NCBI GenBank assembly: GCA_016748015.1
Contig: JAAOMT010000468.1
Location: forward strand, 1-64,000
Origin: Geosiphon pyriformis uo1
Lineage: Eukaryota > Fungi > Glomeromycota
Direction: 5' to 3'
DNA length: 64,000 bases
Made by a program: the position numbers and the translations under genes. Shown here one piece after another: positions 45,829-58,815 of this stretch. The number at the start of each line of letters is the position of its first letter. The stretch's first letter is position 1. The notes beneath the pieces were generated by a model. That model was given only the letters and a program-made list of their open reading frames with translations, did no database searches and was not told the DNA's origin.

Positions 45829-46949
45829 TTCATTGATTGATTGATTGATTGCTTTAATTATTATATAATATATTAAAATTTTACATCAATTTTACTTTAC
45901 TTTATAAAAGAATTAGTCTATTTGACTGAAGGTAAGAAATTACATACATTATTCATCATTAATCATTAATCATTAATCAAATTTATGTACTTGTTTAACA
46001 TTTACCTATTTTTACTATTTATTATATTTAGACGACTTTTTGATATATTAGTTTTATTAGTTGATTGATCTTTTTCATAAGTGATATAAATTACATTAGT
46101 TATAATGTTAATTATATTCATTTCAATATGTTAAAATATACATAATTTTATTAATTATTATAAATATTAATTTAAATATACATGGTATTTTTCCTCAAGT
46201 AAAAAATAATATTTCCAAGTTTAATATTTTATTGTTTGCTCGTTGACTTAATCCAATCTCGTAAATTCTTATCCAATCTCGCTTATCTAAGATGTTGTCA
46301 GAATGTAGGTCACAATGAACAGTTATAACCCACACTGAACCAATCAGTAGAATGTTTTATAATTTTATTTTACATGTAATCACTGTTTCTTAAATGTGTT
46401 AAGCTGATTCAAAAACATAATATCATAAATTTACTTACATAAATAAAAATCAATATAGAAATCAGAAACATATAAATTTGGAAATTTGGAAATTCAAAAA
46501 CTCTGGATTAAAATATTTTCAGTATTTTTTTATTTCAGAAATTTTTATGACAGCACTTTCAAAATAAATTATTTTTTGAGCTTTTTATCTTTTTAAAAAA
46601 AATTAAATTAAGACAAATTCAGTTTTTTAAAAAATAATTAACAGTTTTTAAAAACATTAATATTATTAAAACCAATTTTGTTTTTAATAATACAAGTTTT
46701 TCTCATCTTTTTTTTATTGAATTTTATAAAAATAATTACAAATAACACAGCAGATTAACCAACAGCTTAAGCTAAAAATAAAGCCAATTAATTAATTTAA
46801 ATTAAATTTGTTTTGTTTTGGATTGATGATTTTAAAAAAATTAATTAAGTAATTTAAACTTTAACACTTATAATAATTTACTTTCGAATTTGAATTTATA
46901 TATAGCTTTGGCAAAAAATTTTGTTTTTAAGTTTTAAATTAATAATGTT

Positions 46950-49325
46950 TTTAAAAATTTTCTCTCTTACCTCCAAAAAATCCTCAAATGAGCACATTTC
47001 TGTTAAAAGAAGTTTTTTGTTTTTCTCATTAGTATTATTTCAATATTTTTTTAACTAATAATCCCTTTGTGGTAAATTTGGTGACTGTCTCAGGTAGTAA
47101 CATGTTTAAAAAAAGGCATCTAAGAGTGTTTTTCATGGTTTTGCTGGTGGTTCTTTTTTGCAGAAAAAGAAAGTTGTTCTTGAGAATGTTAAACATTTTG
47201 GTAATAAAAAAAATGTTTTTTTGAAATCTGGGTTTGGTAGTAGTGTGTATTTTAATGTGAAAAGCTTGTCTGGTAATAATGTAGATGTTGGCATGTCTAA
47301 AAAAAGGCATCTAAGAGTGTTTTTCATGGTTTTGCTGGTGGTTCTTTTTTGCAGAAAAAGAAAGTTGTTCTTGAGAATGTTAAACATTTTGGTAATAAAA
47401 AAAATGTTTTTTTGAAATCTGGGTTTGGTAGTAGTGTGTATTTTAATGTGAAAAGCTTGTCTGGTAATAATGTAGATGTTGGCATGTCTAAAAAAAGGCA
47501 TCTAAGAGTGTTTTTCATGGTTTTGCTGGTGGTTCTTTTTTGCAGAAAAAGAAAGTTGTTCTTGAGAATGTTAAACATTTTGGTAATAAAAAAAATGTTT
47601 TTTTGAAATCTGGGTTTGGCAGTAGTGTGTATTTTAATGTGAAAAGCTTGTCTGGTAATAATGTAGATGTTGACATGTCTGGTGTTAGTAATGGTTCTAT
47701 TTTGAGTTCAATCACAAACATTCCTAAAGCAAAGTACATTAACACTGGTGCTGATTTTGGCTTTTTTCTTGGTTCCTCCAACTATGATATAAAGAATAAA
47801 TTAGAACTCTTTCTACTTCCTTTCAAGATATTTCTGAATATGAAGTGGATTAATCTCAAAATCATAAAAACATCTGTGAAAGTGACTGTAAACAAATTTT
47901 TTGCTTTGAATATTAATCTTTTGTGTGGAAAAGAAATCAGTGACAACAAAAACTCAGCTTATTAGGAAAATTTTCTCAAAAATCTGTGGTTTTGGAAGGG
48001 CCACTACTCTCTCAAAATTTCAAGAGATCATCTAATCTACTTTCACATTAGAGAACAGCATGGAAAAAGCCATGTCATTGGCCAAAAAAAATAGGATGGC
48101 CATAAACACCAATTTTAAAAGACAAAAAGTATATTCAGATCAGGCCATAGTAATTAAAAAAATTCCCATGAATATACCAAAAGAGATAATTGTCACTATA
48201 GTCACTGAATTTGGAAAAATTAAATCTATTAAAATTCAACTAATCAGGTTATAGCAAAAGACTGTAATAAAATTTGCCAAATCAGATCAAGCTGATCTAT
48301 TGACTTCAAGATAGTCATTTCTGATTGGGAAAAATTCAGTACATGTGGCCAAGGCTGTGGGTGATTAGAAGATCTGAACATCTAGGGATTGATACAGAAC
48401 ACTTTTGTTTATACTGCCAATGGGTACTATGGCTCATGATTTGGATAATTTTTTAAAAGGAGTTGATGAAAAAACCTGTTTCATTAATTGTTTGCTGAAA
48501 ACTGGCAACAAAATCTGTTGCACTGTTGTTTGTTTTGAATCTAATAAAGCATTAGAGTCTGCATTTTGCACAGAGCCAATTTTTGGTGGTGTTAAACTTT
48601 CTTGGACAAGAATGGATCTAGTTTGGTGTAAGAAGTATGGGAGGTGTAATCATTCTGCTTTGAAATGTAATGCACTAGTTGCATTCACTTTTAAGTCTTC
48701 AAAGACATTTAAAAGAGTTGTTTCTAATGAATATTGTCTTCAGTTAGCAAAGTTATATGAGAGAAAAAGTGTTCTAATATTTCACTCTGCTGCCTTTGGT
48801 GGCAAATTTTAGATCCAAGTGGTCTTACTTGCTGGTTGTTCTGATAGTTTTTACTCTATTTCTGGTTCTGGTTCCCTTTTTTTTAATGCCTCAGGTTCAA
48901 ATGATGATTTTTTTCTGGTTTTAACTGGTAACTCATCTTTAGATGCTTATTTGGTCTCTTTAAAATGCTTTTTGGAGCTCTTGACAAATCAGATTTCCAG
49001 TATTTTGAAAAAGTTGAGTTCTATGGAATTGGTACTATTGGTACTCTTTTCTTGTGCTCTCTTTTTAGCCACTTCTACACTTTTAGTGTTGTATTTGAAC
49101 ATAGATATGGCTTTGAATAGTGTGTTAATACTATCTGCTCCTCCTTTTTTGGTTGCTAGTAATGTGGTCTCTAACTTCAGTTCAGGTAGTTCTAAGGTTT
49201 TGACCTCTAAGATAAATAGTTTGAAATCAAAAATGGTAGTTTTGAAGGTTTTAATCAGTTTGGTTTTGGAAAAATTAGATTGTTTGTGTTCTGGTTCAAA
49301 TTCTTTGACTCTTCCTTCATTTTAA
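46950..49325 (+). pseudogene. LINE ORF1 (RRM-like region plus decayed CCHC knuckle)
   Basis: IVIKKIPMNIPKEIIV..EFGKIKSIKI is RRM-like. CKKYGRCNHSALKC fits CX2(C>Y)X4HX4C. ORFs 48060, 48405 and 48819 share one frame, broken by point-mutation stops. Confidence 0.75.
47101..47680 (+). repeat. Tandem triplication of a 191-bp unit inside LINE ORF1
   Basis: Units start at 47101, 47292 and 47483 and are nearly identical. Repeated ORFs appear at 47158, 47349 and 47540. Confidence 0.95.
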
Positions 49326-50745
49326 TAAGTGGTTTGGTATGAAAAGTGACTACATGTAATATCAAAAACATGAACAATCCTGCCAAACAAGAAGATATTA
49401 TTCGCTGACATAAAGATATGGGCAATTTGATTTCTGTGATTACTGAGACAAAGTTGAAAGGCAAAGTTTGTCTATGGATCATAAATAAATTTGATGGTGT
49501 TTAAGTGTTTATTTCTAGTTTGGGGTCTGGTTACTTGAGTTTAGGCATAACCATAATTATGAATGTTTCTCTAGTGCAGTATGTATATAAAGTTTTTAAG
49601 ATGTCTAGTCAACTTATTTCTGTAAAGTTACTTTTCAAGAACAAACTTTCAGTAATAGTTTTGGGCTTGTATACAGATGTTACTTTGGAAAAAAAACTGG
49701 CTCACTTACATGTTGTTAATTCGATGGTGGCTGAGGCTTTGAATAGCAGTACATTTATTGTTTTTGGTAGTGACTTTAATGAAAATAATTCTGGTTGCAG
49801 TGTGAGCTTTAAAAAATTTTTGGATCTGGATTTGCTTAATTCTTTACAAGATTTTCCTTTGCACAAGCTTTCCATATGGTCCAATTCAAAGGGTGTTCAA
49901 AAGTGTATAGACTTTATTCTAGTTAGTAATGGTCTTTGCAGTTCTTTTTTTAACCAACAGATTTACTGTTTGGATGAATTTTTTGATTCTGATTACTTGG
50001 TTGTGTTGGTGGGCATTAATTTGGGGGATCTTCTCAGTTCTCAGCTTAATTTGGTATACAAATAGGCTGTAAAAAATAAGTGGAGATACAAAATCAATGA
50101 TGTCAATGGGAAAGTTTGGAAAAAGTTTGGAGATTTATCTTTGGCTGCTGCTTTGATAACTGCTGATGACTTTGAATATCACAAAAATAAAGATGACATC
50201 AATGAAATATAAATACTGCTTTGTCAAGTGGTATGCTTTGCAGTAGAAGCCACTCTTGTAAAGACATGGTCCAAAGATAATAGGTTGGTCAAATCTGCTG
50301 CATCTTCTAGATTTCACAAGTTGGAACTGTTGGTGGTGAAAATTTTGAAAGCATATAAGTCAGAAGATTTGGGAAGATTTCAGGTTTTAATCAATAAGTG
50401 GATTGACTTGAACTTTGACCAGGCTGTGGAGTTCAAGAGATTTTTGGATAATGGTTGTGACAAAGTAATGATTGAACAATTACTGACTCATTTTAAGAAA
50501 TTATATAAGTCTTATAAGTTTTTGGATTTCAAGGCCACTGAAAATTCTCAAATTAGAGCAGCTATTGCTAAGTGTATGAAAGTTTTTGCAAACAATAAGA
50601 GTTAAATAATCAGAAGTGTATTGGAAAAGCCTTTTAGGAAAGTTACATTGAATTATCTGGTTGATAATGAAAATTTGGTTTTAGAGCCAGATTTGGTCAA
50701 GAACAAAATAGATTCAATTATAGAAAATTGAACCAGAAAGCATGC
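49325..50745 (+). pseudogene. LINE ORF2, 5' part: apurinic endonuclease domain
   Basis: KVTTCNI, ITETKL, GSDFN, IDFIL and SDY (from SDH) in a single frame. Confidence 0.85.
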
Positions 50746-51588
50746 TATTACCCAAGTAGAAAAACCAAAAAGCTATGGAAAAACATAACAAAAAAATGTG
50801 ACAAGAAAAATACAATAACTTAAGGTAATATAGAACAAAAATGAGCAATAGTTAGCAATAGTGAAGCAATTAAAAACAATTTTGTAAAACCAAAAGAATG
50901 TATAAAAACAAGTAGTTATAAAAGTTGAAAAGTCAAACAGTTAGTTAGAAATCAATTTTACTTTGTATTATACTTATCATATATTCATAGTCTGAAATAC
51001 AATAAATTATCAAAACCAAATCTAATTTACCAATTCATGTTCTCTTATCTTATGAATTTTAATTGAAATTAAAATCAGTATTTTCTACTTTTGTTCTGGA
51101 ACAGATGCCATTGGCATAAATGTCTCGAACTCTTAATGATTTAGACCAATTGCTCTTAATCACGGCAATTGATGGAAACTAATTTTTTTCTTTTTTTTTT
51201 TCTTTTTTGAAGTGGCAACATAGAAAAATCAACTGTCTTGGAATAGACTTTGTGATAGTCTGGTAAAAAAGGGAAGCTTCCCTTAAGTTTTAGATATTAA
51301 CATTATCTTAATAGCTTACCAGAAAGGCAAAAAAACAATGTTGGACCCTAATAACTGTGCTTGTTAGTGCAGAGAAGAAAGTTTACATTTACAAAAAACA
51401 TTGCAATCGATAAAAAACAAACTCTGTGCCTTATAACCAAAAAACTCAACAGATAAATTCACAGCCAAGAATAGACCTTCAGAGACTAATAACACTGACA
51501 TGGCAGAAAAAGCAGACAACTTTGAAAGATAACCCAAAACTAAAACACCAAATGTTATCACCATACTCTATCCAGTTTACCCATAACA
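50746..51588 (+). repeat. 5' LTR (843 bp; TATTACC...ATAACA)
   Basis: Aligns end to end with 59649-60556. Confidence 0.93.
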
Positions 51589-51590
51589 TT

Positions 51591-51606
51591 TGGTGCTTTC
51601 TGTGAG
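51591..51606 (+). promoter_or_regulatory. Primer-binding site TGGTGCTTTCTGTGAG (possibly elongator tRNA-Met)
   Basis: TGG start 2 nt after the LTR end. Resembles the complement of elongator tRNA-Met 3' ends; tRNA identity is tentative. Confidence 0.7.
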
Positions 51607-51649
51607 ATTATAAATTTACAGAAACAGAGCACCCCAGAGATACACAAAA

Positions 51650-54600
51650 GTGGCGACTATTAGAACAATAGGAAAAGACCACTCTTTGTACAGAAGAGCA
51701 CTATTTCAATACTTTCAAAATCTAGGAATACTAGCAAAAACCACCATCACAAAAAGTGATTTTTGCAACTATATCAACACAAAAATCAACCACTTGTTAG
51801 GCCACACAACTGATACAAGAAGACTTGGAGAACAAATCCATCAAAGCTTACTAGGGTACTCAACAACTACTACTACTCGAGCAATTACTGAAACTCTATA
51901 CATAGTCAATACAAATATTAAACACTACATGACAAAATAATTCTCTCAAGTACAACAACCAGTAAAATCCAATCGAGAGGAATACGAGGATGGATCCAAT
52001 AATCCTACAACTGCCCAAGACAAGTTCACGGTCAATAAGAAACCAAGGTTTCTCTCCCTAACAACTCTATCATATCATCAGATACTCCAAAAATAGAATT
52101 GTATTCAATCCACTCCTGGAAACCCAGTTGAAAACACCATAAACTCTTGGAAATCTACACTCTTGAGGCCAATATAGTTGGACCAAATCACTAGGAGAAT
52201 ATGAATTGCTATTTGGAAATCTTACCCCAACAGTTGGTTAAACAGAAGAAAACATATCAACTTGGGAACAGCCACCAGCACAAAACCCAGCAAAATTAGC
52301 ATCTTTCCTGATGGAAAGAACAGCTATCTTACAACTTATTGGTTCTAGTAACAAAAGGAAACAATCAGCATTAGCACCCAAAGAACACTCGAATATGTGG
52401 ACACCAATCCCCTTAACCATAACCAGTAATACCTTACCCATTAATCAGATCATGGTCTACTGGAATATCACTAAATTGGAGAAATTCTCTAGTGAAGAAA
52501 ATAATGCATATTCTTGGATTGCGGATGCCGAGAAAGCAATTACCACTAACAGATGGGATGACAACTGCACAATTCAGGCACTGCTGTTTTTTCTGACTGG
52601 AACTGCTGATTTGTAGTACCAGAGTTTTACAGAGAAGCTTATCTCCTTTACAGAATTTAAACTCATCTTTTTACAATACTTCTGTAATCCTAATACACTT
52701 ATCTGATTGCAAAATCAATTCAGTATAATAAAACAAAACAACCATAAAGCAGTAACTACTTATCTCAGAAGATTCAATCAGGTTCTTCAACAAATCTTAG
52801 CCATTGAGCAGAATTATTATACCACCATGCAAGTCTTCAATCAATTTGTTAAAGGACTAAGGAGCAGCTTTTTAAAATCTGTACAATCTCACCATCCAGC
52901 AAATCTACAAAAAGCAATCACTCTTGCTTGTGATTTTGAGTCTGCAGAACAAAAAGCAAATCATATCTAAGCTGTTAACTTAACCATCAATAGAACCTTT
53001 GACATCAACACAAAGATAATCCAATTAAGTGAGAAATTAACTCAAAAAATTGAGAGATTTTTAGCCAGAACCACAAAAACTTACCAACCATTACAATAGA
53101 AAGAAAATAACAACAACAGCAGATATTCACAGCAACAGAACTATTAGCAATAACAACAATCTTGGAGATCTGATTCCTGCAACTGTTACTACTGCCAGAA
53201 ATCTAAACACATTGCTCATAACTGCAGAAAGAAAATAATGAACCAAAATCAAGAAAACCAATATCAACAACCAAGATATTAGCAAAACATAGTATCTTAA
53301 TATTTTATTCCTCAAAATTCATCTCCCCAGTATGCACAACAAGTCCCATACACTTAACCACTGCCCCAGAATTATTATTAATCACCACCAATGACACAAG
53401 CAATCCCTTACTATTAAACTCCCCCTTACAGCCAGTCCAGACTTTGAGCTATAAACTATAATCAAGGATGAAGGAATCCCAACAACAATTAGGCACAAAC
53501 CAATAGTAGACTGTCTTGACCAATCCCTTGTGGTCCTGCACAATTTCAACCAGCACCAACCAGATACCTAAATCAAGCTTTCTATCTCAGTTTCATGGAA
53601 GACCAAGATTTTGATAAATCTACACCTATGAAAAGAAGGGATGTAAAACAAATCTCCCAATCTTTCAAGCAAACAAAAAACAATATCACACCAGCCACTA
53701 TTACTGAAGACACCACCCTAGCTGCCATATTTTCTTTTGACATCAATAATTTGAACACCTATAGGCTTTTTAGTAGAGCAGCCATCAATCAGGATAAACC
53801 AATAACAGTCCTATACACTGATGCCAAAATTGGAGGAATAGACATTAAATTAATTTTAGATAGCAGATTAGCCAGTAGTATAATTACAAAACAGCTCATA
53901 AACCAACTAGGTTACTGAGTAGACCATGCTGCTACTGTTCAGATCATTATAGCTAATGGAAACACAAAAACCCCAATAGGAGAAATTGACAACTTCCCTT
54001 TCAGGATTAATAGAATTCAGATTCCTACCAAGATACTTGTCATAGAAGCTACTTAATATCAAGCTCTAATAAAAAATGATTGGTTGTCAAAAGCCAATGC
54101 TATGCTTGATTGAAATACCCAAGAACTTTAATTCACGTTTAACGGACAGCATACCTGAGTTTCAGCTATATGTAGACACTTTAAAATCCAACATATTGAG
54201 GAATCTCTAATTGAATTCAAAGACACACTACTATCACTAACCATCAAGATCTATCAGGTTTCATGGGCAGACAATTATCAAACTGAACTACCTCCACCAC
54301 CAACCTGAGAAGAAAAAAGAAAAAGAAGAGCCAAAGAAGAACCCCAATCGTTATCATTAGGATATGTAACCTCAGACCAAAGAAATTTATTTTACCAACC
54401 TCCAAAACTAATATGTGTCGATTGTGAAAAGAAGCTATCCACAATAGGTGCATGTATTAGAAACAACAAAAAATGGCCCATTGCCACCAAATATTATTGC
54501 AGACCTTGTGTATGGAAAAGATTTAGATAATTGAAATAACAAGGCAAGTAAAACAATATGCCATGTCTTACATGTGATAAGATTCTGCCCAATGAAAGAC

Positions 54601-57440
54601 TCTAGAATAATGTGCTTGGCAAAGGAGAAACATACAATGAGGCTTGTTAGTACACCATATTAATTAATGATTAAATATGAAAGGGAACTCCCATTGAAGA
54701 TGCTTGAAAACAAGTACTCAATAAGCTGGACAGTTATCCATACAATGATCACAAAATTTGGAGAATGGTAAGTGCCAAAGCTGAAAACACCACACCTGAA
54801 GAAATATGAGAAATCAAAGACAATCCTTGAATGTCTGAATATAATGGACCTAACTACTCTGTGGATGATTTTTTTACAGATGACTCTGACACATTTCAGA
54901 ACCAATATCAAGAATTGGCCCTGACCCGAGAAGAGCAAGAACAGCAGTTAGTCAATCTAAATACCAAACTATGCAATTACTGCTTAATTTTTTGCCATTT
55001 TCAATATTGTGACAAGTGTGATCTCATGTTTAACCCACTTCCCAAAATCTTATACCCAATCAACAAATTATCTAAGTCTAAGAAAGAAGAGGAATTACTC
55101 ACTAAGGACATATTATTTCAAGAGCCGAATCAGACTACTAAAATAAAACAATACCTTGTGTATCTTAATCTCTTCAAAGAATTAGAATTAAAATAGTACA
55201 GTAACAATAACAAAAGAATATGCCCAGAAAGAGTGCATAAGACCGATGCAGATTTTGACTTAAGATACTCTGGACAATTACTCATAATTATAGCCCCACA
55301 TTTCCTGGTAAAAATAGATCTCAAAATAGTGCTAGAAGTTCCTATTAGCACCATGATACAAGTAGTGTCTAGATCAAGCCTTGCAAAGAAAAAAATTGAC
55401 TTAAAAGAAGGAATTATTGATGCCAAATATATGAGAAACATCATTGTAATCCTATAGAACAATTCAGACAAACTCTACAAGATTGAATCTCATGAAAAAA
55501 TTGCCCAAGCCATCTTCCTACCTTTAGTCAAAATACCCCAATTAGTCTCAGTTACCACTTAAAAAGAATTAGGCCTTACTGGCCAAAAAATCAATGGGTT
55601 TGGCTCAAGTAGAAGAAAGAATATAATGGTCAATTTTACAGAGGAGGATAGTAACCAGGTAGAACTTATCTATACCAACACCATCATTTCTATCCCTTTT
55701 TATTAGCAGTACATTCTCAAAGTTGACCAGAAGATTCAGAACCAAGCACTAGTCTTTGAGACCAATCCCAAAATCTGCTCGCTAGCCGACATTGCTAATC
55801 TGTACTTACCAGCTAAAGCTTATAAACACTTCAAAATTCCCATTTACAATCTAACCGAAGACATTATCGAAATTCCTAAAAAAACTCTTATTGGTTTCAT
55901 ATCTTCAGATATTCAGAATTCAGAAAAACTCCAGCTTATTCCAGATTTTGCTCAATTGTTCTTGTTCTGTGACATTACCTTACAAGTATAGAACTTGCCA
56001 AAGGAAAGTTACTTGTTCACATCAGAAAAAATCAATAAACTCAATCCAAGAAACCTGAGTACTTTACAGCAAATACAACTTAAGATTTTATTGAACCAAT
56101 ACACCAATGTCTTTGCCAGCAAAAATGAGTTTGGACATACTGACATCATGAAACACCAAATTGACACTGGAGATGCTCGACCTATTAAGCAGCAAGCTTA
56201 TTGAGTACCTCCATCTGGCAATAATCTGATTAAACAGGAAATACAACAAATGCTTGACAATAGACTGATTAAAGAATCATTAAGCTCTTGGTTCTCTCCA
56301 ATGGTCTTAGTCACAAAAAAAAATGGGAAAGTACAATTTTATGTGGATTACTGGAAATTAAACAGCATTACTTAAGGAGATAGCTATTCCACTCTTCTTA
56401 TCCAAGAAATTTTAAACAACTTAGGAAAAAAGAAATGGTTCTCATCACTAGATCTAGCCAGTGGATATTGGCAAGTCGAAATGGACCCAAAAGACAAAAG
56501 GAAAACAGCATTTACCACATGAAACAGAAATTTTGAATTCAACATGATGCCTTTTGGACTGTGCAATGCTTCCACTACCTTCCAATGTCTCATGGATGTT
56601 GTGTATAAAAAAATCTTGTAAAAATCAGTCGTAGTATACTTGGACAACACCAATGTCTTTTCAGAAACATTTAACAAACATTTGCTCTATCTGTAACAAG
56701 TCTTTAAATGTCTTCAAGATGCCAGATTGAAACTCAACCCTGATAAATGCTTTTTTAGGAAAACTAAACTGAAATTCTTAAAACATGTGATCAACAAGAA
56801 CAGAGTAAAACCTGACTCAGACAAAATCTAAAAGATCAAGAATTTTTTAGCTCCAATCAACTTATGAGAGCTGCGAAAATTTTTAAGATTGGCTAGATAC
56901 TACTGCTAATTTGTCAAAGGATTCTCAACTATTGCAAAACTTCTTTATCATTTGTTGTTCAAATACGTGCTGTACCTGTGGAAAGAAAAGCAACAAAAAG
57001 TCTTCAATTATCTTAAACAGCAATTAATTACATCTTTAATACTAATCTATCCTGACTTTACCAAACTATTTATTGTTGCTACAAATGCATTAAAAAATGC
57101 ACTAGGAGCTGTATTATCACAAATAAGACTGGACAGAAGAGAACATTTAATTACTTATGCCAGTCGCAGTACCAGCCCAGCAGAAAAAATATATAGTGCA
57201 ATAGATTTGAAATGTTTCACCATTTATTGAGCTGTACAAACATGGAAATACTATTTCCAGCAACTATTTGACCTATATACTGATCATAAAGGACTTATCT
57301 GGTTACACAATAACCCATAATTAGAAAAAAAATATGCTAGATAGAGTACTTATCTGCAACAATTCCCACTCAAAGTTAATTACAAAGAAGGATCCAAGAA
57401 CACCAATGTCAACAGTTTGTCAAGGATACTACAAACCTAA
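51650..57440 (+). pseudogene. Gag-PR-(Cys-rich)-dUTPase-RT-RNase H polyprotein, inactivated by point mutations
   Basis: Gag capsid about 52460-52970. Knuckle CYYCQKSKHIAHNC about 53184-53225. Protease LILDS about 53850. RT LDLASGYWQ, MPFGLCNA, VYLDN (YLDD). RH ATNA..ALGAVLSQ, YTDH, SLSR. ORFs from 52311 to 56952 share one frame. Confidence 0.88.
55223..55613 (+). pseudogene. dut: dUTPase domain inside the retrotransposon polyprotein
   Basis: All five trimeric-dUTPase motifs are present in decayed form: DADFDL, SRSS, GIIDAKY, KIAQ and NGFGSS. Confidence 0.9.
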
Positions 57441-57450
57441 TCTCGGACCC

Positions 57451-58815
57451 ATGAATACACTTACTTATCAGCAATTACATCAGTACCTATTAACACTATG
57501 TTTTAAGAAGATTTTATCTCAACAGAAACAAAATACCATACAGAAACAAGCACAAAATTACTTTATTCAAAATAACCAACTCTATCATCGAGAACAACAA
57601 AACCACACCACCTTACAACAATTGATCAAGGACAGTGAAAAAGAAGCTATATTATATAGTATGCATTCTGACCCAACTGCAGAACACTTTAACAAAGACA
57701 CAACTCTAGAAAGAACAACAAATCTATACTATTGGCTTATGATGTATAAGGATATCTTTGAATATGTTTGCAATTGTAACTCATGCCAGCAAAGAGAAAG
57801 AGCCAGAATAATGGAACCACTTTGACCCATTCCAATTGGAAATCCATTTGATAGAATTGGAATTGATTTGGTTGGTCCTCTTTTGATTACATTCAAAGGA
57901 AATTATTACATTACTGTAGCCATAGACTATTTTACAAAATGACCAGAAGCCAGAGCAATCTAAGTAGTTGATGCCAAAACAGTAGCCAAATTCATACACC
58001 AAGATTTAATATGCAGACATAGATGTCCAAAAAAACTGTTATCAGACCAAGAAACACATTTTGTCAATACTACATTAACTGAATTGAGTCAACATTTTGG
58101 TATAAAATAACCATTATCATCACCATATTACCCACAAACAAATAGACTGGTAGAATGGTTTAACAGAACATTATGTGAAGCATTAGCAAAAATAAGTTAC
58201 AAAAACAAACAAGAATAGAACTTATTCATACTTTCTGTGCTCTTTGCATATCAAACATTAAAGCAAAATATAACACAGTTCATACTATTTAAATTAGTCT
58301 ATAGAAGAAAAGCAACATTACCTATTGAACAAGAAATAGCATCCTATTCAACCAAAACTATCAACAAAAAAAATTTTGAAGATATCTTATGCCAAAGAAT
58401 GTAGCTAATGGAAACATTAGAAAACAATCATAGAATAATGGCTGACAATATTAATAACACTCAAAAATGACAAAAAAAAAGACATGACAATCATCTATTC
58501 AAACAACCAATGGAATTTAAGATTGGAGACCAAGTACTATTACATTATACAAAAGCAAAAAAACAATGGAGCAGAAAGTTTGATCCAAAGTAGGATGGTC
58601 TATTCTACATACATGAAGCATTAGGAAATAAAGCTTACAAATTATGATTGGAAGACAGGATTTTAAAGAAAGTAGTTCATAGGAATCGATTAAAAATTTA
58701 TCATGTAAAACAACAGTCATTATTATCAGTACATCAACTAGGAACACAAATTCCATTAATCAGACCAGAAGATATACCACAAGATCTGGAACCAATTATT
58801 GTTATCAAAATGTAG
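57451..58815 (+). pseudogene. Integrase encoded as a separate ORF (HHCC, DDE core, C-terminal GPY/F-like module)
   Basis: ATG at 57451. H..H..CNSC, IGIDLVGP, LSDQ and LVEWFNRTL, then FDPK*DG and HRNRLK. Ends at TAG 58813-58815. Confidence 0.85.

Noticed and set aside
47101-47680. CRISPR-like array
   Set aside because: Head-to-tail 191-bp units with no spacers, no cas genes, and a eukaryotic context.
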